Shown: in pieces, positions 38,044 to 49,859 of the stretch | Layout of the letters: every line of letters starts with the position of its first letter | How positions within the stretch are numbered: position 1 is the first letter of the stretch | Assembly: GCF_001194135.2 (NCBI RefSeq) | Contig: NC_068987.1 | Location: forward strand, 57,716,935-57,771,161 | Origin: Octopus bimaculoides | Taxonomy: Eukaryota | Direction of reading: 5' to 3' | DNA length: 54,227 bases | Made by a program: the position numbers and the translations under genes | Notes under the pieces: generated by a model | The model's database searches: none | The model's input: the letters and a program-made list of their open reading frames with translations, nothing else | What the model was told of the DNA's origin: nothing

Positions 38044-40560
38044 ACCTTTTGACTTCCCTTGCAGGGTCACATTTACTCTCAACATGTACGCTACTTTCTT
38101 CCATCTTTGCTCGAACACAGTCAGAAGCAGGCAGCTCCTCTCCCTCCTTATTTTCCTTCTGAGTTGACAAACGAAGTAGTTTACCAATCCTCGGCTGGAG
38201 ATGAAGTCGCCTGTCCCTGCTCCACTCAAACGTGACTTCCAAACCACCTCTTTCGCAAGCATAAACCCACATTTCCAATATCCTGGGCACTGCACAGTAG
38301 CGTGCAGAACAGTCTCACTGCTCTCCTCGCATCTTAGGCAAGAATAGCTGTGCCCAGCGAGATTATCCCGAATTGGCAAGGCTCCTTGATAACATTGCCA
38401 AGCCAGCGACATCTGGAAATTGTTCATAGGCCTCGGCCCAAATGTTCTTCGGAACAAAGCAGTAAACTGACCTTCATCGAAGCCCAGGGTTTCCCCCAGG
38501 ACATCGTCACACTTTGCCTCTACTAACCCTCTATAGATGACGAGGCGGAATCCTCGACATCGGCATTACCTGGGCGAGTGAGAAGCGCGAGAGCCTGCTG
38601 ACATTTGACCTGCCACGCTCCCAACTTAGATCTACGCTTAATCCACGGTTCTTACTCCCCAAAACTGGAGAACTTAGGAAGAATCAGTGTTACAAACGGA
38701 GACCACACCCGTTCAAAATCCAGGGAGAGCCAGAGATGCCTCGGTCTCAGCGCATGTCTACGCACCAACAGCCAAGGTATCCCAAGCCCACCATTTAGCG
38801 GCTGCTGGCAGCAGACAGAACGCCTCACAAGTGGATCCCTGCCCTTCCACAAAAAAGGGAAGAACAATCGCACCATCTTGTTTTGCCACGGATCAGGAAT
38901 TGGCAAAACGGTCAGATGGTAGGTAATCACAGATGCGATAAACACATCTGTGACCTCCGCCCTCCCTTTCAGAGACAACCACCGCTCAGACCAGGTCCGA
39001 GTTAGGTAAGGCACCCTACTCGCCATCTCCAGACTCCTAGCATCTTAACCGGACCCTCCGTGCAATGCCCAACGACGTTCTTGTGAGGTATCGACTTGCC
39101 TCTCTAGGTGTCGATCTGCAATCCGACTGACTTATCACGATTAATCGTAGCTCCTGTCACCGCCTCGTAATCCTAAATGGCATCGCCTACCCTCTGTAGG
39201 TGTTCCACTTCGGACACGATGATGGTGATGTCGTCCGCATATGCCGAAACCGACCTTCCACAAACGAGATCTCGCAGCACACCCCTCACGCCCTCCAACG
39301 TCCGGTGTAAAGGCTCCAAAGACAGCACATACAGAAGTGGGGAGAGAGGACATCTATGACGCACCGAACGCTTGATGTTGAATGGCTCTAAAAAGAAGCC
39401 ATTCACCTGCACGACCGATTCAATGTTGCTATAAAGTGTTAAGATACAACTACGGCATGACGGACCAAGCCTGAACACCGCGGGGACCGACACCAGATAA
39501 CGATGGTCAACCTTGTCAAAAGCTTTTGAGTGGTCTAAATGAACCAAATCCCCGCCCTTGTCAGGAAGTCTACTTACCCTCTCTATGGTATAGTGTAGAA
39601 AATGGCGATTGTCCTGGATAGATCTGCCGGGAATGGCGCAAGTCTGCGCTTCTCCCGACACGCGCCAACCTTTTTGCTAATACCTTGGCAAAAGTCTTCA
39701 ACTCTGAGTTAAGCTCTTCTAGAGCCTTAACTAATTCCCTTTCTATTCTATTCTTTCTACGAGCTAACTCTCTGCTAAACCTAACAGACTCAAACTTGAT
39801 GGCTCTTTTGAGGGAATACCACCATTTATTATTAATAATGACACCAGTTAATGCCGTCAAAGCAAACTGCTTAATTCGACTCCTGCACTCCTAACTATAC
39901 AAAAGGGACTTGTCGAGTTTCCAGTAGCCGGATCCCTATCTACGTAATTTATCTAAGTCTAATCTACAGGTCGCAAATTTGTGATCACTGTAGTAGATGT
40001 GAAGGAAACATGGGCACTTAACATAATTTTTATCTAGTTTCCTAACAATAATTCTATCTAGGTAAGATCTAGAAGATCCGTTGCTATTAGACCAGGTCAA
40101 CGGTCTGCCAGCTGAAAGCGACTGAGCAGATGGTTGAGGCATGAGTTACCTTTCCTAAGAGAAGTTGAGCCAACATAATCTACTCGTGCATCGCAGATTG
40201 TGTTAAAGTCTCCTAACAACACTAAAGTGTGTGACGTGTCAAGAAAATTTTCAAGGCTTCGAAAAAAGCCGGACTGTCCCACTCTACAAAGAGCGTAGAC
40301 ACCAACCTGAAGGACTTACCACTGCTGTGCGTCACATCAATGACAACTGGCCTGCCCTCCGGGTCAACAAAGATTGTTCGTACCTGTAACTTCAAAGCCT
40401 TCCTGAGAAAAACTACGATGGTACCACCCGTCCTTGCCGGTTGACATGGAAAAATAATTTTCTCGTAGTCGTTTGGCAGGGGTGAGAAAGCCTGCGGTCC
40501 ACTTAGTCTATGATATGTTGATGAGTCTATTGTACAGAGCTGTTGAAAAGTTTTCTTAGA
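38044..40560 (-). pseudogene. LINE ORF2 pseudogene (AP endonuclease, reverse transcriptase, zinc knuckle)
   Basis: ORF track pieces 40097-40282, 39570-39860, 39173-39661, 38652-39026 and 38011-38457 carry the motifs in the correct order. The start coordinate is approximate. Confidence 0.9.
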
Positions 40561-41560
40561 GGGCCAGCCTCCTCAGTAAATAATTGTTTAAAACGTTTGT
40601 GGTTGTCCCTATCGATTTAAATAAAATGTATGTGGGTGAGAACGTCACTGATGCCAGGACTAGTAAACATTTTCACGTTTTGTAACGTGGCAAATTCATT
40701 TTTAAAATTTTCATTGTTTCACTGTTCTAACGTAAGCAGTAATATAGTTTTTTGAGGGGCAGGGGCGGGAGAATTTGATGGTTCTGCGTGTTTGCATGTA
40801 TATTTGTAACTGTGGGGGAAGGGGAAAATTAGTGTTAGAGGTGGAGGGTTGGAGACTGGTGAATGTGGGAGCCATTTGTGTGTCTATATCTATGGGTATG
40901 GGCTGGGGACAATTGTCCGTGGAAGAAGGGTAGGATCTCGTCTTCCTCCTGGATACTGTACTCCATTCGCTGTCCATTCGCTTGCGTCTCCTCTCTTTCC
41001 ATATTTTGCTGCTGCTCCTTGCTTGTCTCTTTGACCACTGGCGCTGTAGGAGTTACGGCTGTTTCCGCAGAGGGTGGGGGAGCTTGTTTTCCAATGGTGG
41101 AGGGTACTCGGATCTTATGTGCCCTTTTTGGCCGCACTTGGAACATCTTGGCTTTCTGCCCTCCACCATTACTCTCAGGATCATTCCTCTCCTACCCGTA
41201 TGGTGTCTGTAATCAATTCTAGGTCATCTTGCGAGGCCTGTAATAATATTTCTAGGTGTTGGCCCTACCAATTTTGTTGGTGAATTTTAGTGGCATGGAG
41301 GATTGTCACTTTATCCTCCAATCCCAAAACGATAGCGGTCACCAGTCTGGCAACGTCGACCTCCGGTGGGATTTCTCCTTCCTTCACCTTTGAAGTTTAC
41401 CTTCCCCAGCAGGAAGGTAGGAGTACCACTTCCAACTTCGTTCGATCTCAGAGGTGACGTTGAGTGTTGCCTGGCCTTATCTTCACTTGCGAATCGAATA
41501 TCTATAGCTGCGAACCGATTCCCTCTGGCAAGATACACATCTTGCCAGATTGGTTGTAGG
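38044..41560 (-). mobile_element. L1/Tx1-clade LINE, 5'-truncated within ORF1, internally deleted, frameshifted
   Basis: ORF1 remnant with gag-type knuckle CSKCGQKGHIRSEY (41145-41104; last Cys mutated to Tyr). APE motifs LVLLGDFN and SDH. RT motifs LDHSKAFD, CPLSPLLY and YADD. C-terminal CLRC-x8-H-x4-C. Confidence 0.95.
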
Positions 41561-41831
41561 CATATATATATATACACGCATTGAATAGTGCAGATATTTC
41601 CAACGCAAAAATAATATAATTTTTAGTGGCAATCGCTTAAAATTATTGTTCGTATCAACGTTCAACTTTCGCTAGTGCGTCATTGTGATAATTTAAATCA
41701 AGAGTATAATTTTCGACAGTCGTGTGTTGTGAAGTTTCATTGATGTAGTAATTAGTACAACTATTCACTTTTCATGAGAAGTCACGTACATTTAGTTTTG
41801 TTGTTCTTGTTATCTTCCCTTACATATATGA

Positions 41832-41879
<48 letters not shown>

Positions 41880-42233
41880 NNNNNNNNNNNNNNNNNNNNN
41901 NNNNNNNNNNNNNNNNNNNNNNNNNNNNNNNNNNNNNNNNNNNNNNNNNNNNNNNNNNNNNNNNNNNNNNNNNNNNNNNNNNNNNNNNNNNNNNNNNNNN
42001 NNNNNNNNNNNNNNNNNNNNNNNNNNNNNNNNNNNNNNNNNNNNNNNNNNNNNNNNNNNNNNNNNNNNNNNNNNNNNNNNNNNNNNNNNNNNNNNNNNNN
42101 NNNNNNNNNNNNNNNNNNNNNNNNNNNNNNNNNNNNNNNNNNNNNNNNNNNNNNNNNNNNNNNNNNNNNNNNNNNNNNNNNNNNNNNNNNNNNNNNNNNN
42201 NNNNNNNNNNNNNNNNNNNNNNNNNNNNNNNNN

Positions 42234-42283
<50 letters not shown>

Positions 42284-44523
42284 GTACTGTGATGTAAACA
42301 GAATTATATGGTAGTTGATGTATTCATTTATTACAAACAATGCTGTGCTATTCAGTGTATAAAGATATATATGCTATGCACAAACATAGTTGCTTTCAAT
42401 AGAAGAGACCCATTATGTTATCAGAGGACTATCATTTCACTCCAACAAGGCGAGTGTGAAATTATATTGGCTCAATAATTAATGTGCATAGAAATCCGTG
42501 TGATACTGCTGTTTCATTAAGATTTTAGGCTTTTCATACAATTCAAATTGCTCCTGCTACTTTGTTTCTTTGAAAATTACGTAGTTAGCTCTTCTGCCAA
42601 ATTCTACCTCTAAAAGCTACTATGCTGTAGGTCCTTTCTCGTTTATTGCACGAAAAGTAAGGATTGCGAACACTCTTACGTGTTCATAAGCGACTCAAAT
42701 ACAAATTTGATGTTTTCAACTGCGATTAATTATATTAATTTCAACACAAGTGGATCGAATTAAGTATAGTTTCTGCCCCATCTATTTAGTAATCTATTTG
42801 TTATGGGTATTTAATTTATAGATTTATTGATCTGTAGAATGACACTGAATACACAAAGGTACAACATCAATAAAGCCAATACACTCCAAGTCGAAAGATA
42901 AACTTTTTATGACAATCAGACAGCCTGTACATAAACAAAATTGCAACGAAAAGTGGACGGTCACTTCTAAGGCCTTTGAAAATACCCTATTGTGTATCAG
43001 TACATGGTAATGTAAATTCTCTTCTCACTAGATTACTTTTATAGCAATGTATTTGTGCGCTGCTCTTGCAGATTTCATCGTACTGGATGAAATGCAGTCC
43101 TCTACAATTTCTCTTTCACCAATGATCTGTTCATGTCTTTCTCTCAGTCTCAGTCGATATGCTTTTTTTCGCTAACACAAATACAGCTAGTGTTCCTCAA
43201 CTTTGCTGATTGCATGTTTCATTTACCAAGACTCACTAAATTATCTTGTATCACACTAAACATTTTCTACGGTTACTTGTTTAAAACTGAATCTTTTAAA
43301 AATACTTTCTCTGTATACTTCCTTGTCAGATCAATGCGAAAATTATAGTTTAAAAAAATAACTGATTTTAATAACATTTATAAGCACGTAGAAAACTATA
43401 AATCCGGTAATATGTGAGTCACTTGGAACACTTATTCGTAGATATAGTTTTAAATGCTTTGGATAGTCACTCAAATCTGGTGACAAAATGTTTGATAATG
43501 TCACATGTTATTAGAGAGAATAGTCATTTCATAAGTAACTATTTAGTTCATACTGTTCATATGATAATTTTAAATGTAAAATGAGGTTGTAATTAATTAT
43601 GTATGTTAGATGACATTTTACTTCATTATTTTATATTTACCGGTAATTCAGCAGGATCAATGGACCGGTACTGCTCAATAACGAATTATTGTTCATATCT
43701 GACAATATGCTCTGTTTCATACCAGCAAACAATCAAATAGTTTTAAATATTTCTGAAATACCCTTTCAATTACTTGCAAACAAACATGGCATTTGTTTCT
43801 GAGATATTTTGAAATTTGATAGAAAGTGTGCTTTCAATGATGATACGTAACTTAACATAAATATAAGTCAAGATATACCCATATACATTTTAAAAAATCA
43901 TCTCTTTTAGCTGCTATTCTGAAATGTCAACAGCGAATGAAAACAGCATAATATATTGAATTATATTTATCTTCACTTGAAATTTAGTATTAATGAACAC
44001 TTTTCATACTTAATATGATATATATCTATATCAAATATCAATATTTTACTGGTAATCAAATATGGCATTTTAAAATTAAATTATTTTCAGAGTGAAATAT
44101 AAGCCTCATAATTATATTTTACGAATTTTAAATCTCCTTATATCAGTGAAAAGCGTGAAGAGTATACGAAGAGAATGATGTGTGTGAAATCTCTGGATCA
44201 ATCCCGACAGCCAACCAACTCTTTACACTACCCACCTTTTATCCTTTATTTCACAATAGTTTTTATTGATGGTAATGATGAAGAATGTTTTGTAGTTGGT
44301 TAGCGATCTGATATAACTGATACTGGAATCAACGTTACTTCATCTTCAAACGTTAGAACTTTCATGTCGTTCTCTCTCTCTGAATCAAATTTAATCTCAA
44401 TCCAATTCCTACACCACTCGTATGTCTCTTATGTATCTGCATTCTTACCCAACTCTTATGTCTCTTATGTATCTGCTTTCCTTATCCCTCCCTTCACTTC
44501 TCTTTCCTTACTAAAGGAAAATT

Positions 44524-44733
44524 AGTTTCAAATGTTGGCACAAAGCCAGCAGTTTCGGGGCAGGGACAAAGCCAATTTTATCGACGCCAGTGCTCAGCTG
44601 TTACTTATTTTATCGATCCGTAAAGGATGAAAGGCAAAGTCGATTTTGGCGGAATGTGAGCTCAAAATATACAGAAGGACGAAATGTTGTTAAGCATTTT
44701 GCTCGACGTCCTGACGATTCTGCCAGTTCGCCG
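44524..44733 (-). mobile_element. family B SINE, full length
   Basis: Complete motif string. Confidence 0.88.
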
Positions 44734-47372
44734 TAAAAATAATATTAATAATATCCTAGAAATGGATGTTTAACAATTCATTCAACTTATCCATGGCATA
44801 AAGGGAAATACCATTTTCTTCTATGCCAAATGTATATGGTATACCAACTTATTCCCCATACACCAATGTGACATAGAAGACATCTGTGGCTATGCTGTCA
44901 CTCACCCTATACTCAGAGAGAGGATATATTTTTAAACATCATAATTATTTTTAAAAAATTAACTCGTAATTTAGTCGAATTTTCTTTTTTCTGTGTTGTT
45001 AATTCCATTAGCTGCTTCTTTCCTTTCTCAACAGAAACAAAAATTGTTTATAGTTTTGTTTCGAAGAATATCAGTTACAATCATTATTAGTTAAATTCAA
45101 TTATCCATTGGATTTTTGAAATCCCCCCAGCAAACGTATTTCTGCACCTTCAGTTAGTTCTTTTACAAATTACCTTCGAACCTCCTCACAACCTGTTCCT
45201 TTTTCTCTCCTTATGTTTTAAGCTCAACTCTCGTAAATTCTATTTCATAATTTTAAGAACAATTGTGTCACTGATGAACACAGCATATGTGTGTGCCTTT
45301 TATTACATACGCTCGTAGGTGAGAAAAACATTGATATGTTTAATATATATATNNNNNNNNNNNNNNNNNNNNNNNNNNNNNNNNNNNNNNNNNNNNNNTA
45401 TATATATATATATACACTTTAACTTGTTTTCCTTAGCAAGTAATTATCTCTCGCTCTCCATATATATATATATATATATATATAATATACACACATACTA
45501 TGTGCCCGCGAATATGTGTGTATGAGCGTACGTACACGTATACGTAACGACTATTTAGTAACAACGCACGGAAATACATGAGTGCACGAGGAGAAGAACG
45601 GGTGCGCTGAAAATGCACATGGGATTGACAGACCTCTAGTTCTAATCAGAGCATTCATCACGGTGATGGACACTGGAATTTTCATTCCGCTACTATTTTG
45701 TAGGTTCCCTTGGCTGGAGAAGACTAGAAAGTAATGCTTCCTTCTGTTGATGATCCCAGCATTCATATTGATACTTTCTTGTTTCTGGCACTTGCTAGAT
45801 GATACGCAGACATTTTTTATTTGTGCTGTATAAGCGTCTTTGCTATGATCTCTGCGACATACAGCCACTTTCAAACACAGCAGTACATTATTGCATATAC
45901 ATGCTTTTATACGGATACATTCATAGATATACATTCATACACACACATGGATACATGTGTACATTCGTATATAAGTGTAGTTACATACAAAGACACATAA
46001 GCTAATACACTCATACATATAAACACATACACACACACACACACACATCACACGCAGGAATGTTACCGACTTATTAGAAGAACAGAATAGTCACCAAGGA
46101 AAGAATCACATTGATTTTGCAAATAAATTTCATGGTTGACGATTTGTTTAAATTCAAAATCAAGATGTTGCTTAGTTTTACCAAAGTATTAGACTGCAAG
46201 ATGTAGACAGACCCTTCAAATACACGATATGTGTACATATGAATGCACGAATTATGTTCCTAAGCTAGTTATATCTTCGTTCCTCTGATTTGTACATCCG
46301 TCTGATAATAAAAGGGACATATCAATATAATGTCATTTGTCGCTCCGGTTGAGTTTTCTGCTTTCTAAGAGTAACGCAGCGAGGTCTTTACACATTATAT
46401 GTTGTTAGAATGCTATACACATGGAGACTAAATTGAACAGATATAATTTTTTTGACAATATTATTTTCAACTGTAACTTATGCATTAGCGTACATTTCAT
46501 TGTTTAGAGTTTCCTCAAGTAAGTTTTTGGCCATTTCTTTTTTAGTATTAGTTTTCTTCCTATTTTATATCACTCATATTTTCTGCATTGTTTATTAATT
46601 ATGAATTTTAGTTTTCCTTATTTCAGCTATAATATTATCAATGTTTTCGTCATACTAATCATAATCATATACATTGTTGTCGTCAAGGTTATTGCTATAT
46701 ATTTGATAGTCAACGATATATAAAGCAGCTGGTGAGCAGTATTTGATTTTCGACATTCGAATTGTTTGATCCACTGAGAATTTAGTTTTTCCACCACCGC
46801 TGCTGGTACATTTCTCCACTGTTTAGCACTATGTCTATACGAGAAGTTTTCTCAAGAGGATTAATTGCAATTTTGTGCATTTCTAGAGTATTTCAACGTT
46901 AAGAAAATGTTGTTTTGAATCAATATTGTATTCATCACCAATAACAAATTTTTACCCAAAATCATAATATTTAAACAGCCAAAAACATCGGGTTAAATAC
47001 CCCCCCCCCGTGGTAATGTCAAAAGACAACAAAAATATCCACAAATACATACATTTTTTGATATTTAAAATGAAACATTTAAGATATTTCACATGCTCGT
47101 GGCAACTTAGCTAGTTTTACGAAAAGTACAGAATTTCTGAATGTAAGAGTTTTATTTGTGAAAAATATTCTACTTATAAAAAACACTCTACGAATGATTA
47201 TGGCTCTCTGGCTTACAGCTATGTGCAGAGACAAAAAATTGTTTAACACTGTCTTCTAAGAATGAAGAGGATGTTCTTGTAATGTCAAAAGAGCAACTGA
47301 GAAGATAATTCTATTCAATGTGCACATAAAGGTGGTCCCCAGTGGCAAGAATAAAGAAATGATAATAATATA

Positions 47373-47583
47373 TTCTCCTCAAGACATAAAACCTGAAATC
47401 TGTGGGGAGGGGACTAGTTGATTATATCGACCTCAGTGTTTCATTGGTACTTAAATTATCGACCCCGAAAGGTTGAAAAGCAAAGTCAACGTCGGCAGAA
47501 TTTGAACTCAGAACATAACGACGGGCGAAATACCCGTAAGCATTTCGTCCAGGGTGCTAACGATTCTGTCTGCTCGTCGCCTT

Positions 47584-47584
<1 letters not shown>
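47373..47584 (-). mobile_element. family B SINE, full length, head abutting (TAA)n
   Basis: Complete motif string. Confidence 0.88.

Positions 47585-47649
<65 letters not shown>
47585..47649. repeat. (TAA)n tract, 5' flank of the R4/Dong insertion
   Basis: Directly visible. Confidence 0.95.
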
Positions 47650-47652
<3 letters not shown>

Positions 47653-47688
47653 GAATATAAGAGACACCACGACAATATAAGGAATATA

Positions 47689-48269
47689 GGATCTTTTTTA
47701 AAACGGGGGCCACATTTTTCATTAACGAAACACTTTGAAACTTGGAACACTGGTAGAATGTGTCATATAAAACATCTTTTTCTCTTAGTCTTCTTAAAAA
47801 AAAAAGAAATCCATAAATTATTCCATGTTAAAGTTGTCGTATTTCTGTAATTTCAACCAATCACTGACGTCCATTCAGCCGATATACGTTAAGTGCCGAC
47901 TACATAAACAAACAATTCTGAAACAATTAACCCTAACCCTAACTCTAACCCTAACCCTAACCCTACGGTTAGAGTTAAAGCAGATTTAAAATGAAAAAAA
48001 GCAAATAAAACGAAGGTATGGAGATTAAATACGCTTTACATCGCTTAATGAGCCAAAGGAGTAAATGTAAACAACTGAATACTTGTCAGTGATTGGTTGA
48101 AATTATCGAAATAAGACAATTTTTTACATGAAATAAATTCGAATACAAAAATATTTTTCTGTTCTATAACACAACATAGATAAGTATACGAAGTTTGAAA
48201 GTCTTTCGGTACCAAAAACACTACGTAAAACATTAATGAAAAATGTGGCCCCCGTTTTAAAAAAGATCC
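47689..48269. mobile_element. 581-bp non-autonomous DNA transposon (MITE); superfamily uncertain, Merlin-like by termini and TSD
   Basis: Perfect 37-bp TIR GGATCTTTTTTAAAACGGGGGCCACATTTTTCATTAA (47689-47725 / 48233-48269). 8-bp TSD GGAATATA (47681-47688 / 48270-48277). No ORF. Confidence 0.93.
47928..47963. repeat. telomere-type (TAACCC)6 tract (one unit TAACTC) inside the MITE
   Basis: TAACCC TAACCC TAACTC TAACCC TAACCC TAACCC, followed by the short inverted stretch GGTTAGAGTTA. Confidence 0.92.
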
Positions 48270-48839
48270 GGAATATAAGAGACGCCACGACAATATAGCC
48301 AGGCTTGTCAATTGGAAACTTTGCAACGAGTATGGTCTTGACAGAGCAAAAAAATTAGTACGACCACAAACCTGAAAGCATTGTCCAAAATAGAAATCTA
48401 GAGTTCCTATGGAATTTTATGATTCAGTGTGACCAGGTGATTGAGAATAGGAAGCTGGACATAATCTTAATTGAAAAAGAAAACAAACTATGCTGTATCA
48501 TAGACATAGCATGCCCAGGTGACAACAAGTTATGCGATAAGGAAGAAAGAAAAGTCGAGAGATATCACAGGTTAGCTTAGAAAGTTAAGCAGTTGTGGTC
48601 GATGAAAAAGGTGACAGTAGTACCAATAATTGTCGGAGCCCTGGGAACAGAGAGCAAACATTTCGAGAAGTACGTAGAACAAATAGGGGCTGCATTAAGG
48701 GTGGAGCACTTGTAGAAAACAGCACTGCTTGGAACAGCTCGAATACTCCGGAAGGTGCTCGGTAACCTTAGTTCACTGGTAGTGAACAACTGGCACTGTA
48801 GTACATCTGCAGCGTTAGAAACTGTGCAAAGGCAACAGC

Positions 48840-48840
<1 letters not shown>

Positions 48841-48881
<41 letters not shown>

Positions 48882-48924
48882 CCTTTCTGCTATAGGCACA
48901 AGGCCTCAAAATGTGGGGGGGGGG
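48841..48924 (-). mobile_element. (TAA)n plus family B SINE tail running into a gap
   Basis: (TAA)n-TCCTTTCTGCTATAGGCACAAGGCCTCAAAATGTGGGG, as at 7353. Confidence 0.75.
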
Positions 48925-49463
48925 NNNNNNNNNNNNNNNNNNNNNNNNNNNNNNNNNNNNNNNNNNNNNNNNNNNNNNNNNNNNNNNNNNNNNNNNNNNN
49001 NNNNNNNNNNNNNNNNNNNNNNNNNNNNNNNNNNNNNNNNNNNNNNNNNNNNNNNNNNNNNNNNNNNNNNNNNNNNNNNNNNNNNNNNNNNNNNNNNNNN
49101 NNNNNNNNNNNNNNNNNNNNNNNNNNNNNNNNNNNNNNNNNNNNNNNNNNNNNNNNNNNNNNNNNNNNNNNNNNNNNNNNNNNNNNNNNNNNNNNNNNNN
49201 NNNNNNNNNNNNNNNNNNNNNNNNNNNNNNNNNNNNNNNNNNNNNNNNNNNNNNNNNNNNNNNNNNNNNNNNNNNNNNNNNNNNNNNNNNNNNNNNNNNN
49301 NNNNNNNNNNNNNNNNNNNNNNNNNNNNNNNNNNNNNNNNNNNNNNNNNNNNNNNNNNNNNNNNNNNNNNNNNNNNNNNNNNNNNNNNNNNNNNNNNNNN
49401 NNNNNNNNNNNNNNNNNNNNNNNNNNNNNNNNNNNNNNNNNNNNNNNNNNNNNNNNNNNNNNN

Positions 49464-49530
<67 letters not shown>

Positions 49531-49533
<3 letters not shown>

Positions 49534-49738
49534 CGCAACAACACATACATATAAAATATGGACAAATATATATAACATACAGAAAATTGCACTACTGGGT
49601 ACTGCACACATTCTACGCAAAACACTTTCAATACAGTAAACATAAGAGCACCACAGCAAACCACAGCACATACCCAAGGCGCACAGAGCTGCGCTCGGTA
49701 GTGAAGTGAAAGCACGTTATAAAAATAAAACTACTGAA
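49531..49738 (+). mobile_element. 3' end of R4/Dong-type element, subfamily 2
   Basis: TNIYNIQKIALLGTAHILRKTLSIQ* (stop at 49637-49639) plus 3' UTR. (TAA)n on both sides, then a short SINE tail stub. Confidence 0.85.
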
Positions 49739-49859
49739 CAATAATAATAATAATCCTTTCTACTTTAGGTACAAGGCTTGGGATTGTAGATGCTAGGCGT
49801 TCAGTGCTGTTACTTTGGTATGTAATTGATTTTCTTTGTTTTTGTATGGAGTCAGCGTG

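Larger units (their letters stand above)
47651..48840 (+). mobile_element. 5'-truncated R4/Dong-type non-LTR retrotransposon, subfamily 1 (restriction-like endonuclease region and 3' end), interrupted by a MITE
   Basis: EYKRRHDNIARLVNWKLC...YDHKPESIV...LWNFMIQCD...RKLDIILIEK...IIDIACPGD...VPIIVGALGT...KTALLGTARILRKVL from 48271. (TAA)n on both sides. Confidence 0.9.

Noticed and set aside
45551-45934. 127-aa minus-strand ORF
   Set aside because: It starts in decayed microsatellite and has no recognisable motif or convincing splice sites.
46720-46960. Possible Tc1 C-terminal relic on the minus strand (INPLEK, WRNVP)
   Set aside because: Motifs are too weak and in different frames; no TIR found.
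47928-47963. True telomere or chromosome-fusion site
   Set aside because: Only six units, and they lie inside a TIR- and TSD-bounded element.
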